Source: Minutocellus sp. GHC0000111 (taxonomy: Eukaryota). From it: a stretch of DNA of 64,000 nt. Of the stretch, positions 26,401 through 40,226 are shown in pieces. Position numbers and translations under genes: made by a program. The notes under the pieces were generated by a model. The model saw nothing but the letters and a program-made list of their open reading frames with translations, did not search any database and was not told where the DNA came from. Where the stretch lies: the NCBI GenBank assembly GCA_977018835.1, contig OZ361257.1, positions 4,774,001 through 4,838,000 on the forward strand. Reading direction: 5' to 3'. The first letter of the stretch is position 1. Every line of letters starts with the position of its first letter.

Positions 26401-29400
26401 AAAGATGAGTGCTTTGGCTGCAGTGCAATCACAGGACACTGCTCAACACATGCATTCCTTGCTGCTCTCACATGGCAATTAATGGAACATAAGCTTTGGT
26501 AGAGATCAGGGTGCTTCTATGGTCAAATGTGAGTTGCTCCAGTTAGGAGCGCCCTGGCTTTCCCAACGCTGCTGGCGACGCCCACACCACCCACAAAGAT
26601 GAGTGCTTTGGCTGCAGTGCAATCACTGGACACTGCTCACCACATGCATTCCTTGCTGCTCTCACATGGCAATGAATGGAACATAAGCTTTGGTAGATAT
26701 CAGGGTGCTCCTATGGTCAAATGTGAGTTGCTCTAGTTAGGAGCGCCCTGCTTTTCCCAACGCTGCTGGCGACGCCCACACCACCCACAAAGATGAGTGC
26801 TTTGGCTGCAGTGCAATCACAGGACACTGCTCACCACATGCATTCCTTGCTGCTCTCACATGGCAATGAATGGAACATAAGCTTTGGAAGAGATCAGGGT
26901 GCTGCTATGGTCAAACATGAATTGCTCCAGTTAGGAGCGCCCTAGATAGTTTGTCCAACGCTGCTGGCGACGCCCCCACCACCCACAAAGATGAGTGCTT
27001 TGGCTGCAGTGCAATCACAGGACACTGCTCAACACATGCATTCGTTGCTGCTCTCACATGGCAATGAATGGAACATAAGCTTTGGAAGAGATCAGGGTGC
27101 TGCTATGGTCAAACATGAATTGCTCCAGTTAGGAGCGCCCAAGATAGTTTGTCCAACGCTGCTGGCGACGCCCCCACCACCCACAAAGATGAGTGCTTTG
27201 GCTGCAGTGCAATCACAGGACACTGCTCAACACATGCATTCCTTGCTGCTCTCACATGGCAATGAATGGAACATAAGCTTTGGTAGAGATCAGGGTGCTC
27301 CTATGGTCAAATGTGAGTTGATCCAGTTAGGACAGCCCTAACTTTCCCAACGCTGCTGGCGACGCCCACACCACCCACAAAGATGCGTGCTTTGGCTGCA
27401 GTGCAATCACAGGACACTGCTCACCACATGCATTCCTTGCTGCTCTCACATGGCAATGAATGGAACATAAGCTTTGGTAGAGATCAGGGTGCTGCCATGG
27501 TCAAATATGAGTTGCTCCAGTTAGGAGCGCCCTAGCTTTCCCAACGCTGCTGGCGACGCCCACACCACCCACAAAGATGCGTGCTTTGGCTGCAGTGCAA
27601 TCACTGGACACTGCTCACCACATGCATTCGTTGCTGCTCTCACATGGCAATGAATGGAACACAAGCTTTGGTAGAGATAAGGGTGCTCCTGTGGTCAAAC
27701 ATGGGTTGCTCCAGCAAGCAGCGCCCTGATTTTCCCAACGCTGCTGGCGACGCCCACACCACCCACAAAGATGAGTGCTTCGGCTGCAGTGCAATCACTG
27801 GACACTGCTCACCACATGCATTCCTTGCTGCTCTCACATGGCAATGAATGGAACATAAGCTTTGGTAGATATCAGGGTGCTCCTATGGTCAAATGTGAGT
27901 TGCTCTAGTTAGGAGCGCCCTGCTTTTCCCAACGCTGCTGGCGACGCCCACACCACCCACAAAGATGAGTGCTTTGGCTGCAGTGCAATCACAGGACACT
28001 GCTCACCACATGCATTCGTTGCTGCTCTCACATGGCAATGAATGGAACATAAGCTTTGGAAGAGATCAGGGTGCTGCTATGGTCAAACATGAATTGCTCC
28101 AGTTAGGAGCGCCCTAGATAGTTTGTCCAACGCTGCTGGCGACGCCCCCACCACCCACAAAGATGAGTGCTTTGGCTGCAGTGCAATCACAGGACACTGC
28201 TCAACACATGCATTCCTTGCTGCTCTCACATGGCAATGAATGGAACATAAGCTTTGGTAGATATCAGGGTGCTCCTATGGTCAAATGTGAGTTGCTCTAG
28301 TTAGGAGCGCCCTGCTTTTCCCAACGCTGCTGGCGACGCCCACACCACCCACAAAGATGAGTGCTTTGGCTGCAGTGCAATCACAGGACACTGCTCACCA
28401 CATGCATTCCTTGCTGCTCTCACATGGCAATGAATGGAACATAAGCTTTGGTAGAGATCAGGGTGCTCCTATGGTCAAACATGAATTGCTCCAGTTAGGA
28501 GCGCAATAGTTTTCCCAACGATGCTGGCGACGCCCACACCACCCACAAAGATGAGTGCTTTGGCTGCAGTGCAATCACAGGACACTGCTCACCACATGCA
28601 TTCCTTGCTGCTCTCACATGGCAATGAATGGAACATAAGCTTTGGTAGAGATCAGGGTGCTCCTATGGTCAAACATGAATTGCTCCAGTTAGGAGCGCCC
28701 TAGATAGTTTGTCCAACGCTGCTGGCGACGCCCCCACCACCCACAAAGATGAGTGCTTTGGCTGCAGTGCAATCACAGGACACTGCTCAACACATGCATT
28801 CGTTGCTGATCTCACATGGCAATGAATGGAACATAAGCTTTGGAAGAGATCAGGGTGCTGCTATGGTCAAACATGAATTGCTCCAGTTAGGAGCGCCCTA
28901 GATAGTTTGTCCAACGCTGCTGGCGACGCCCACACCACCCACAAAGATGAGTGCTTTGGCTGCAGTGCAATCACAGGACACTGCTCAACACATGCATTCC
29001 TTGCTGCTCTCACATGGCAATGAATGGAACATAAGCTTTGGTAGAGATCAGGGTGCTCCTATGGTCAAATGTGAGTTGATCCAGTTAGGACAGCCCTAAC
29101 TTTCCCAACGCTGCTGGCGACGCGCACACCACCCACAAAGATGCGTGCTTTGGCTGCAGTGCAATCACAGGACACTGCTCACCACATGCATTCCTTGCTG
29201 CTCTCACATGGCAATGAATGGAACATAAGCTTTGGTAGAGATCAGGGTGCTTCTATGGTCAAATGTGAGTTGCTCCAGTTAGGAGCGCCCTGGCTTTCCC
29301 AACGCTGCTGGCGACGCCCACACCACCCACAAAGATGCGTGCTTTGGCTGCAGTGCAATCACTGGACACTGCTCACCACATGCATTCCTTGCTGCTCTCA

Positions 29401-32400
29401 CATGGCAATGAATGGAACATAAGCTTTGGTAGAGATCAGCGTGCTGCCATGGTCAAATATGAGTTGCTCCAGTTAGGAGCGCCCTAGCTTTCCCAACGCT
29501 GCTGGCGACGCCCACACCACCCACAAAGATGCGTGCTTTGGCTGCAGTGCAATCACTGGACACTGCTCACCACATGCATTCGTTGCTGCTCTCACATGGC
29601 AATGAATGGAACACAAGCTTTGGTAGAGATAAGGGTGCTCCTGTGGTCAAACATGGGTTGCTCCAGCAAGCAGCGCCCTGATTTTCCCAACGCTGCTGGC
29701 GACGCCCACACCACCCACAAAGATGAGTGCTTTGGCTGCAGTGCAATCACTGGACACTGCTCACCACATGCATTCCTTGCTGCTCTCACATGGCAATGAA
29801 TGGAACATAAGCTTTGGTAGATATCAGGGTGCTCCTATGGTCAAATGTGAGTTGCTCTAGTTAGGAGCGCCCTAGCTTTCCCAACGCTGCTGGTGACGCC
29901 CACACCACCCACAAAGATGAGTGCTTTGGCTGCAGTGCAATCACAAGACACTGCTCACCACATGCATTCCTTGCTGCTCTCACATGGCAATGAATGGAAC
30001 ATAAGCTTTGGTAGAGATCAGGGTGCTGCTATGGTCAAATGTGAGTTGCTCCGGTTAGGAGCGCCCTAGCTTTCCCAACGCTGCTGGCGACGCCCACACC
30101 ACCCACAAAGATGAGTGCTTTGGCCGAAGTACAATCACTGGACACTGCTCACCACATGCATTCCTTGCTGCTCTCACATGGCAATGAATGGAACAGAAGC
30201 TTTGGTAGAGATCAGGGTGCTGCCATGGTCAAATATGAGTTGCTCCAGTTAGGACAGCCCTAACTTCCCCAACGCTGCTGGCGACACCCACACCACCCAC
30301 AAAGATGCGTGCTTTGGCTGCAGTGCAATCACAGGACACTGCTCACCACATGCATTCCTTGCTGCTCTCACATGGCAATTAATGGAACGTAAGCTTTGGT
30401 AGAGATCAGGGTGCTCCTATGGTCAAATGTGAGTTGCTCCAGTTAGGAGCGCCATGGCTTTCCCAACGCTGCTGGCGACGCCCCCACCACCCACAAAGAT
30501 GAGTGCTTTGGCTGCGGTGCAATCACTGGACACTGCTCACCACATGCATTCCTTGCTGCTCTCACATGGCAATGAACGGAACATAAGCTTTGGTAGAGAT
30601 CAGGGTGCTCCTAAGGTCAAATGTGAGTTGCTCCAGTTAGGAGCGCCCTGATTTTCCCAACGCTGCTGGCGACGCCCACACCACCCACAAAGATGAGTGC
30701 TTTGGCTGCAGTGCAATCACAGGACACTGCTCACCACATGCATTCCTTGCTGCTCTCACATGGCAATGAATGGAACACAAGCTTTGGTAGAGATCAGGGT
30801 GCTCCTATGGTCAAATGTGAGTTGCCCCAGTTAGGAGCGCCCTAGTTGTCCCAACGCTTCTGCTGGCGATGCCCACGCCATCCAAAAAGATGAGTGCTTT
30901 GGCTGCAGTGCAATCACAGGACACTGCTCACCACATGCATTTCTTGCTGCTCTCACATGGCAATGAATGGAGCATAAGCTTTGGTAGAGATCAGGGCACT
31001 CCTATGGTCAAACATGAGTTGCTCCAGTTAGGAGCGCCCTAGTTTTCCCAACGCTGCTGGCGACACCCACACCACCCACAAAGATGCGTGCTTTGGCTGC
31101 AGTGCAATCACAGGACACTGCTCAACACATGCATTCCTTGCTGCTCTCACATGGCAATGAATGGAACATAAGCTTTGGTAGAGATCAGGGTGCTCCTATT
31201 ATTGATGTTAGTTGCTCCAGTTAGGAGCGCCCTGATTTTCCCAACGCTGCTGTTGACGCCCACACCACCCACAAAGATGAGTGCTTTGGCTGCAGTGCAA
31301 TCACAGGACACTGCTCACCACATGCATTCCTTGCTGCTCTCACATGGCAATGAATGGAACACAAGCTTTGGTAGAGATCAGGGTGCTCCTGTGGTCAAAC
31401 ATGGGTTGCTCCAGCAAGCAGCGCCCTGATTTTCCCAACGCTGCTGGCGACACCCACACCACCCACAAAGATGAGTGCTTTGGCTGCAGTGCAACCACAG
31501 GACACTGATCACCACATGCATTCCTTGCTGCTCTCACAAGGCAATGAATGGAACATAAGCTTTGGTAGAGATCAGGGTGCTCCTATGGTCAAATGTGAGT
31601 TGATCCAGTTAGGACAGCCCTAACTTTCCCAACGCTGCTGGCGACGCCCACACCACCCACAAAGATGCGTGCTTTGGCTGCAGTGCAATCACAGGACACT
31701 GCTCACCACATGCATTCCTTGCTGCTCTCACATGGCAATGAAGGAACATAAGCTTTGGTAGAGATCAGGGTGCTCCTATGGTCAAATGTGAGTTGCTCCA
31801 GTTAGGAGCGCCCTAGCTTTCCCAACGCTGCTGGCGACACCCACACCACCCACAAAGATGCGTGCTTTGGCTGCAGTGCAATCACTGGACACTGCTCACC
31901 ACATGCATTCCTTGCTGCTCTCACATGGCAATGAATGGAACATAAGCTTTGGTAGAGATCAGGGTGCTCCTATGGTCAAATGTGAGTTGCCCCAGTTAGG
32001 AGCGCCCTAGTTGTCCCAACGCTGCTGCTGGCGACAACCACGCCAAACACAAAGATGAGTGCTTTGGCTGCAGTGCAATCACAGGACACTGCTCACCACA
32101 TGCATTTCTTGCTGCTCTCACATTGTAATGAATGGAGCATAAGCTTTGGTAGAGATCAGGGTGCTCCTATGGTCAAACATGAGTTGCTCCAGTTAGGAGC
32201 GCCCTAGCTTTCCCAACGCTGCTGGTGACGCCCACATCCCCCCCACAAAGATGCGTGCTCTGGCTGCAGTGCAACCACAGGACACTGCTCACCACATGCA
32301 TTCCTTGCTGCTCTCACATGGCAATGAATGGAACATAAGCTTTGGTAGAGATCAGGGTGCTGCTATGGTCAAATATGAGTTGCTCCAGTAATTAGCGCCC

Positions 32401-35400
32401 TGCTTTTCCCAACGCTGCTGGCGACGCCCACACCACCCACAAAGATGAGTGCTTTGGCTGCAGTGCAATCACAGGACACTGCTCACCACATGCATTCCTT
32501 GCTGCTCTCACATGGCAATGAATGGAACATAAGCTTTGGTAGAGATCAGGGTGCTGCTATGGTCAAACATGAATTGCTCCAGTTAGGAGCGCCCTAGTTT
32601 TCCCAACGCTGCTGGCGACGCCCACACCACCCACAAAGATGCGTGCTTTGGCTGCAGTGCAATCACTGGACACTGCTCACCACATGCATTCCTTTCTGCT
32701 CTCACATGGCAATGAATGGAACATAAGCTTTGGTAGAGATCAGGGTGCTGCTATGGTCAAATGTGAGTTGCTCCAGTAAGGAGCGCCCTGCTTTTCCCAA
32801 CGCTGCTGGCGACGCCCACACCACCCACAAAGATGCGTGCTTTGGCTGCAGTGCAATCACAGGACACTGCTCACCACATGCATTCCTTGCTGCTCTCACA
32901 TGGCAATGAATGGAACATAAACTTTGGTAGAGATCAGGGTGCTCCTATGGTCAAATGTGAGTTGCTCCAGTTAGGAGCGCCCTGATTTTCCCAACGCTGC
33001 TGGCGACGCCCACACCACCCACAAAGATGCGTGCTTTGGCTGCAGTGCAATCACAGGACACTGCTCACCACATGCATTCCTTGCTGCTCTCACATGGCAA
33101 TGAATGGAACATAAGCTTTGGTAGAGATCAGGGTGCTCCTATTATTGATGTAAGTTGCTCCAGTTAGGAGCGCCCTAGTTTTCCCAACGCTGCTGGCGAC
33201 GCCCACACCACCCACAAAGATGCGTGCTTTGGCTGCAGTGCAATCACAGGACACTGCTCACCACATGCATTCCTTGCTGCTCTCACATGGCAATGAATGG
33301 AACATAAGCTTTGGTAGAGATCAGGGTGCTCCTATTATTGATGTGAGTTGCTCCAGTTAGGAGCGCCCTAGTTTTCCCAACGCTGCTGGCGCCGCCCACA
33401 CCACCCACAAAGATGCATGCCTTGGCTGCAGTGCAATCACAGGACACTGCTCACCACATGCATTCCTTGCTGCTCTCACATGGCAATGAATGGAACATAA
33501 GCTTTGGTAGAGATCAGGGTGCTGCTATGGTCAAATGTGAGTTGCTCCAGTTAGGAGAGCACTGATTTTCCCAACACTGCTGGCTGGCGACTAACCAACA
33601 ACCCACAAAGATGAGTGCTTTGGCTGCAGTGCAATCACAGGACACTGCTCACCACATGCATTCCTTGCTGCTCTCACATGGCAATGAATGGAACATAAGC
33701 TTTGGTAGAGATCAGGGTGCTCCTATGGTCAAATGTGAGTTGCTCCAGTTTGGAGAGCACTGATTTTCCCAACGCTGCTTGCTGGCGACTCCCCAACAAC
33801 CCACAAAGATGAGTGCTTTGGCTGCAGTGCAATCACAGGACACTGCTCACCACATGCATTCCTTGCTGCTCTCACATGGCAATGAATGGAACATAAGCTT
33901 TGGTAGAGATCAGGGTGCTCCTATTATTGATGTGAGTTGCTCCAGTTAGGAGCGCCCTAGTTTTCCCAACGCTGCTGGCGACGCCCACAAAGATGAGTGC
34001 TTTGGCTGCAGTGCAATCACAGGACACTGCTCACCACATGCATTCCTTGCTGCTCTCACATGGCAATGAAGGAACATAAGCTTTGGTAGAGATCAGGGTG
34101 CTCCTGTGGTGACAACTGAGTTGCTCCAGTTAGGAGCGCCCTAGTTTTCCCAATGCTGCTGGTGACGCCCACACCACCCACAAAGATGCATGCTTTGGCT
34201 GCAGTGCAATCACAGGACACTGCTCACCACATGCATTCCTTGCTGCTCTCACATGGCAATGAATGGAACATAAGCTTTGGTAGAGATCAGGGTGCTCCTA
34301 TGGTCAAACATGAGTTGCTCCAGTTAGGAGAGCACTGATTTTCCCAACGCTGCTGGCTGGCGACTCCCCAACCACCCACAAAGATGCATGCTTTGGCTGC
34401 AGTGCAATCACAGGACACTGCTCACCACATGCATTCCTTGCTGCTCTCACATGGCAATGAATGGAACACAAGCTTTGGCAGAGATCAGGGCACTCCTATG
34501 GTCAAATGTGAGTTGCTCCAGATAGTACAGCCCTAGTTTTCCCAACGCTGCTGGCGACACCCACACCACCCACAAAGATGCGTGCTTTGGCTGCAGTGCA
34601 ATCACAGGACACTGCTCACCACATGCATTCCTTGCTGCTCTCACATGGCAATGAATGGAACATAAGCTTTGGTAGAGATCAGGGTGCTGCTATGGTCAAA
34701 TGTGAGTTGCTCCAGTTAGGACAGCCCTAGCTTTCCCAACGCTGCTTTTGACGCCCACACCACCCACAAAGATGCGTGCTTTGGCTGCAGTGCAATCACA
34801 GGACACTGCTCACCACATGCATTCCTTGCTGCTCTCACATGGCAATGAATGGAACATAAGCTTTGGTAGAGATCAGGGTGCTGCTATGGTCAAATATGAG
34901 TTGCTCCAGTTAGGACAGCCCTAACTTTCCCAACGCTGCTGGTGACGCCCACACCACCCACAAAGATGCGTGCTTTGGCTGCAGTGCAATCACAGGACAC
35001 TGCTCAACACATGCATTCCTTGCTGCTCTCACATGGCAATGAATGGAACATAAGCTTTGGTAGAGATCAGGGTGCTCCTATTGTCAAATGTGAGTTGATC
35101 CAGTTAGGACAGCCCTAACTTTCCCAACGCTGCTGGCGACGCCCACACCACCCACAAAGATGCGTGCTTTGGCTGCAGTGCAATCACAGGACACTGCTCA
35201 ACACATGCATTCGTTGCTGCTCTCACATGGCAATGAATGGAACATAAGCTTTGGTAGAGATCAGGGTGCTCCTATTGTCAAATGTGAGTTGATCCAGTTA
35301 GGAGCGACCCCTAGCTTTCCCAACGCTGCTGGCGACACCCACACCAGCCACAAAGATGCGTGCTTTGGCTGCAGTGCAATCACAGGACACTGCTCAACAC

Positions 35401-38400
35401 ATGCATTCCTTGCTGCTCTCACATGGCAATGAATGGAACATAAGCTTTGGTAGAGATCAGGGTGCTCCTATGGTCAAATGTGAGTTGCCCCAGTTAGGAG
35501 CGCCCTAGTTGTCCCAACGCTGCTGCTGGCGATGCCCACGCCACCCACATAGATGAGTGCTTTGGCTGCAGTGCAATCACTGGACACTGCTCACCACATG
35601 CATTTCTTGCGAGGAGCGCCCTGGCTTTCCTAACGCTGCTGGCGACCCCACACCACCCACAAAGATGCGTGCTTTGGCTGCAGTGCAATCACTGGACACT
35701 GCTCACCACATGCATTTCTTGCTGCTCTCACATTGTAATGAATGGAACATAAGCTTTGGTAGAGATCAGGGTGCTCCTATGGTCAAATGTGAGTTGCTCC
35801 AGTTAGGAGCGCCATAGCTTTCCCAACGCTGCTGGCGACGCCCACACCACCCACAAAGATGAGTGCTTTGGCTGCAGTGCAATCACAGGACACTGCTCAC
35901 CACATGCATTCCTTGCTGCTCTCACATGGCAATGAATGGAACATAAGCTTTGGTAGAGATCAGGGTGCTCCTATGGTCAAATGTGAGTTGCTCCAGTTAG
36001 GAGCGCCCCCTAGCTTTCCCAACGCTGCTGGCGACACCCACACCACCCACAAAGATGCGTGCTTTGGCTGCAGTGCAATCACAGGACACTGCTCACCACA
36101 TGCATTCCTTGCTGCTCTCACATGGCAATGAATGGAACATAAGCTTTGGTAGAGATCAGGGTGCTCCTATGGTCAAATGTGAGTTGCTCCAGTTAGGAGC
36201 GCCCCCTAGCTTTCCCAACGCTGCTGGCGACACCCACACCACCCACAAAGATGCGTGCTTTGGCTGCAGTGCAATCACAGGACACTGCTCACCACATGCA
36301 TTTCTTGCTGCTCTCACATGGCAATGAATGGAACATAAGCTTTGGTAGAGATCAGGTTGCTGCTATGGTCAAATGTGAGTTGCTCCAGTAAGGAGCGCCC
36401 TAGTTGTCCCAACGCTGCTGCTGGCGATGCCCACGCCACCCACATAGATGAGTGCTTTGGCTGCAGTGCAATCACAGGACACTGCTCACCACATGAATTT
36501 CTTGCTGCTCTCACATTGTAATGAATGGAGCATAAGCTTTGGTAGAGATCAGGGTGCTCCTATGGTCAAACATGAGTTGCTCCAGTTAGGAGCGCCCTAG
36601 TTTTTCCAACGCTGCTGGCGACGCCCGCACCACCCACAAAGATGCGTGCTTTGGCTGCAGTGCAATCACAGGACACTGCTCACCACATGCATTTCTTGCT
36701 GCTCTCACATGGCAATGAATGGAACATAAGCTTTGGTAGAGATCAGGTTGCTGCTATGGTCAAATGTGAGTTGCTCCAGTAAGGAGCGCCCTAGTTGTCC
36801 CAACGCTGCTGCTGGCGATGCCCACGCCACCCACATAGATGAGTGCTTTTGCTGCAGTGCAATCACAGGACACTGCTCACCACATGCATTCCTTGCTGCT
36901 CTCACATGGCAATGAATGGAACATAAGCTTTGGTAGAGATCAGGGTGCTCCTATTATTGATGTGAGTTGCTCCAGTTAGGAGCGCCCTAGTTTTCCCAAC
37001 GCTGCTGGCGACGCCCACAAAGATGAGTGCTTTGGCTGCAGTGCAATCACAGGACACTGCTCACCACATGCATTCCTTGCTGCTCTCACATGGCAATGAA
37101 GGAACATAAGCTTTGGTAGAGATCAGGGTGCTCCTGTGGTGACAACTGAGTTGCTCCAGTTAGGAGCGCCCTAGTTTTCCCAATGCTGCTGGTGACGCCC
37201 ACACCACCCACAAAGATGCATGCTTTGGCTGCAGTGCAATCACAGGACACTGCTCACCACATGCATTCCTTGCTGCTCTCACATGGCAATGAATGGAACA
37301 TAAGCTTTGGTAGAGATCAGGGTGCTCCTATGGTCAAACATGAGTTGCTCCAGTTAGGAGAGCACTGATTTTCCCAACGCTGCTGGCTGGCGACTCCCCA
37401 ACCACCCACAAAGATGCATGCTTTGGCTGCAGTGCAATCACAGGACACTGCTCACCACATGCATTCCTTGCTGCTCTCACATGGCAATGAATGGAACACA
37501 AGCTTTGGCAGAGATCAGGGCACTCCTATGGTCAAATGTGAGTTGCTCCAGATAGTACAGCCCTAGTTTTCCCAACGCTGCTGGCGACACCCACACCACC
37601 CACAAAGATGCGTGCTTTGGCTGCAGTGCAATCACAGGACACTGCTCACCACATGCATTCCTTGCTGCTCTCACATGGCAATGAATGGAACATAAGCTTT
37701 GGTAGAGATCAGGGTGCTGCTATGGTCAAATGTGAGTTGCTCCAGTTAGGACAGCCCTAGCTTTCCCAACGCTGCTTTTGACGCCCACACCACCCACAAA
37801 GATGCGTGCTTTGGCTGCAGTGCAATCACAGGACACTGCTCACCACATGCATTCCTTGCTGCTCTCACATGGCAATGAATGGAACATAAGCTTTGGTAGA
37901 GATCAGGGTGCTGCTATGGTCAAATATGAGTTGCTCCAGTTAGGACAGCCCTAACTTTCCCAACGCTGCTGGTGACGCCCACACCACCCACAAAGATGCG
38001 TGCTTTGGCTGCAGTGCAATCACAGGACACTGCTCAACACATGCATTCCTTGCTGCTCTCACATGGCAATGAATGGAACATAAGCTTTGGTAGAGATCAG
38101 GGTGCTCCTATTGTCAAATGTGAGTTGATCCAGTTAGGACAGCCCTAACTTTCCCAACGCTGCTGGCGACGCCCACACCACCCACAAAGATGCGTGCTTT
38201 GGCTGCAGTGCAATCACAGGACACTGCTCAACACATGCATTCGTTGCTGCTCTCACATGGCAATGAATGGAACATAAGCTTTGGTAGAGATCAGGGTGCT
38301 CCTATTGTCAAATGTGAGTTGATCCAGTTAGGAGCGACCCCTAGCTTTCCCAACGCTGCTGGCGACACCCACACCAGCCACAAAGATGCGTGCTTTGGCT

Positions 38401-39971
38401 GCAGTGCAATCACAGGACACTGCTCAACACATGCATTCCTTGCTGCTCTCACATGGCAATGAATGGAACATAAGCTTTGGTAGAGATCAGGGTGCTCCTA
38501 TGGTCAAATGTGAGTTGCCCCAGTTAGGAGCGCCCTAGTTGTCCCAACGCTGCTGCTGGCGATGCCCACGCCACCCACATAGATGAGTGCTTTGGCTGCA
38601 GTGCAATCACTGGACACTGCTCACCACATGCATTTCTTGCGAGGAGCGCCCTGGCTTTCCTAACGCTGCTGGCGACCCCACACCACCCACAAAGATGCGT
38701 GCTTTGGCTGCAGTGCAATCACTGGACACTGCTCACCACATGCATTTCTTGCTGCTCTCACATTGTAATGAATGGAACATAAGCTTTGGTAGAGATCAGG
38801 GTGCTCCTATGGTCAAATGTGAGTTGCTCCAGTTAGGAGCGCCATAGCTTTCCCAACGCTGCTGGCGACGCCCACACCACCCACAAAGATGAGTGCTTTG
38901 GCTGCAGTGCAATCACAGGACACTGCTCACCACATGCATTCCTTGCTGCTCTCACATGGCAATGAATGGAACATAAGCTTTGGTAGAGATCAGGGTGCTC
39001 CTATGGTCAAATGTGAGTTGCTCCAGTTAGGAGCGCCCCCTAGCTTTCCCAACGCTGCTGGCGACACCCACACCACCCACAAAGATGCGTGCTTTGGCTG
39101 CAGTGCAATCACAGGACACTGCTCACCACATGCATTCCTTGCTGCTCTCACATGGCAATGAATGGAACATAAGCTTTGGTAGAGATCAGGGTGCTCCTAT
39201 GGTCAAATGTGAGTTGCTCCAGTTAGGAGCGCCCCCTAGCTTTCCCAACGCTGCTGGCGACACCCACACCACCCACAAAGATGCGTGCTTTGGCTGCAGT
39301 GCAATCACAGGACACTGCTCACCACATGCATTTCTTGCTGCTCTCACATGGCAATGAATGGAACATAAGCTTTGGTAGAGATCAGGTTGCTGCTATGGTC
39401 AAATGTGAGTTGCTCCAGTAAGGAGCGCCCTAGTTGTCCCAACGCTGCTGCTGGCGATGCCCACGCCACCCACATAGATGAGTGCTTTGGCTGCAGTGCA
39501 ATCACAGGACACTGCTCACCACATGAATTTCTTGCTGCTCTCACATTGTAATGAATGGAGCATAAGCTTTGGTAGAGATCAGGGTGCTCCTATGGTCAAA
39601 CATGAGTTGCTCCAGTTAGGAGCGCCCTAGTTTTTCCAACGCTGCTGGCGACGCCCGCACCACCCACAAAGATGCGTGCTTTGGCTGCAGTGCAATCACA
39701 GGACACTGCTCACCACATGCATTTCTTGCTGCTCTCACATGGCAATGAATGGAACATAAGCTTTGGTAGAGATCAGGGTGCTCCTATTATTGATGTTAGT
39801 TGCTCCAGTTAGGAGCGCCCTGATTTTCCCAACGCTGCTGGCGACGCCCACACCACCCACAAAGATGCGTGCTTTGGCTGCAGTGCAATCACAGGACACT
39901 GCTCACCACATGCATTCCTTGCTGCTCTCACATGGCAATGAATGGAACATAAGCTTTGGTAGAGATCAGGG
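8483..39971 (+). repeat. Main Sat-A array, ~160 monomers of ~194 bp (variants up to 198 bp, some deleted units) with higher-order duplications
   Basis: Period 194 (e.g. GATGCGTGCT at 11161 and 11355); nearly every unit carries CTGCAG, ATGCAT and AAGCTT. Confidence 0.97.
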
Positions 39972-40167
39972 TGCTAAGAGGTCCTAAAGCTAAGCTAGAT
40001 AGATATAGCTAGTAGAGGTTAGTAGGACCTACGTAGATGAAAATTGGGCCATCGGAGATGTCGTTGGCCCATGGATCAATTGTCAGGAGAGGGCACTGAG
40101 TCAGTGGTCTGATCACCGTAAGTACTGTACGAATATATACGTACGTACGTATCCCACGGTGTCAACA
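39972..40167 (-). repeat. 3' LTR, copy B (196 bp)
   Basis: TGCTAAGAGG...GTCAACA on +; abuts the PPT. Confidence 0.95.
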
Positions 40168-40178
40168 CCCCCTCGCAG
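40168..40178 (-). other. Polypurine tract (sense CTGCGAGGGGG); also 4485-4495 and 50147-50157
   Basis: G-rich run immediately 5' of the 3' LTR (TGTTGAC) on the element sense strand. Confidence 0.8.
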
Positions 40179-40226
40179 ATCAATGACTAGTGCCATTGAA
40201 TCTACATGTAGAGTCCTAATTGGAAT

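Noticed and set aside
8483..39971. CRISPR-like array (conserved part plus variable part)
   Set aside because: The variable parts are alleles of one sequence, not unique spacers; the unit is 194 bp; no cas genes; eukaryotic LTR context.
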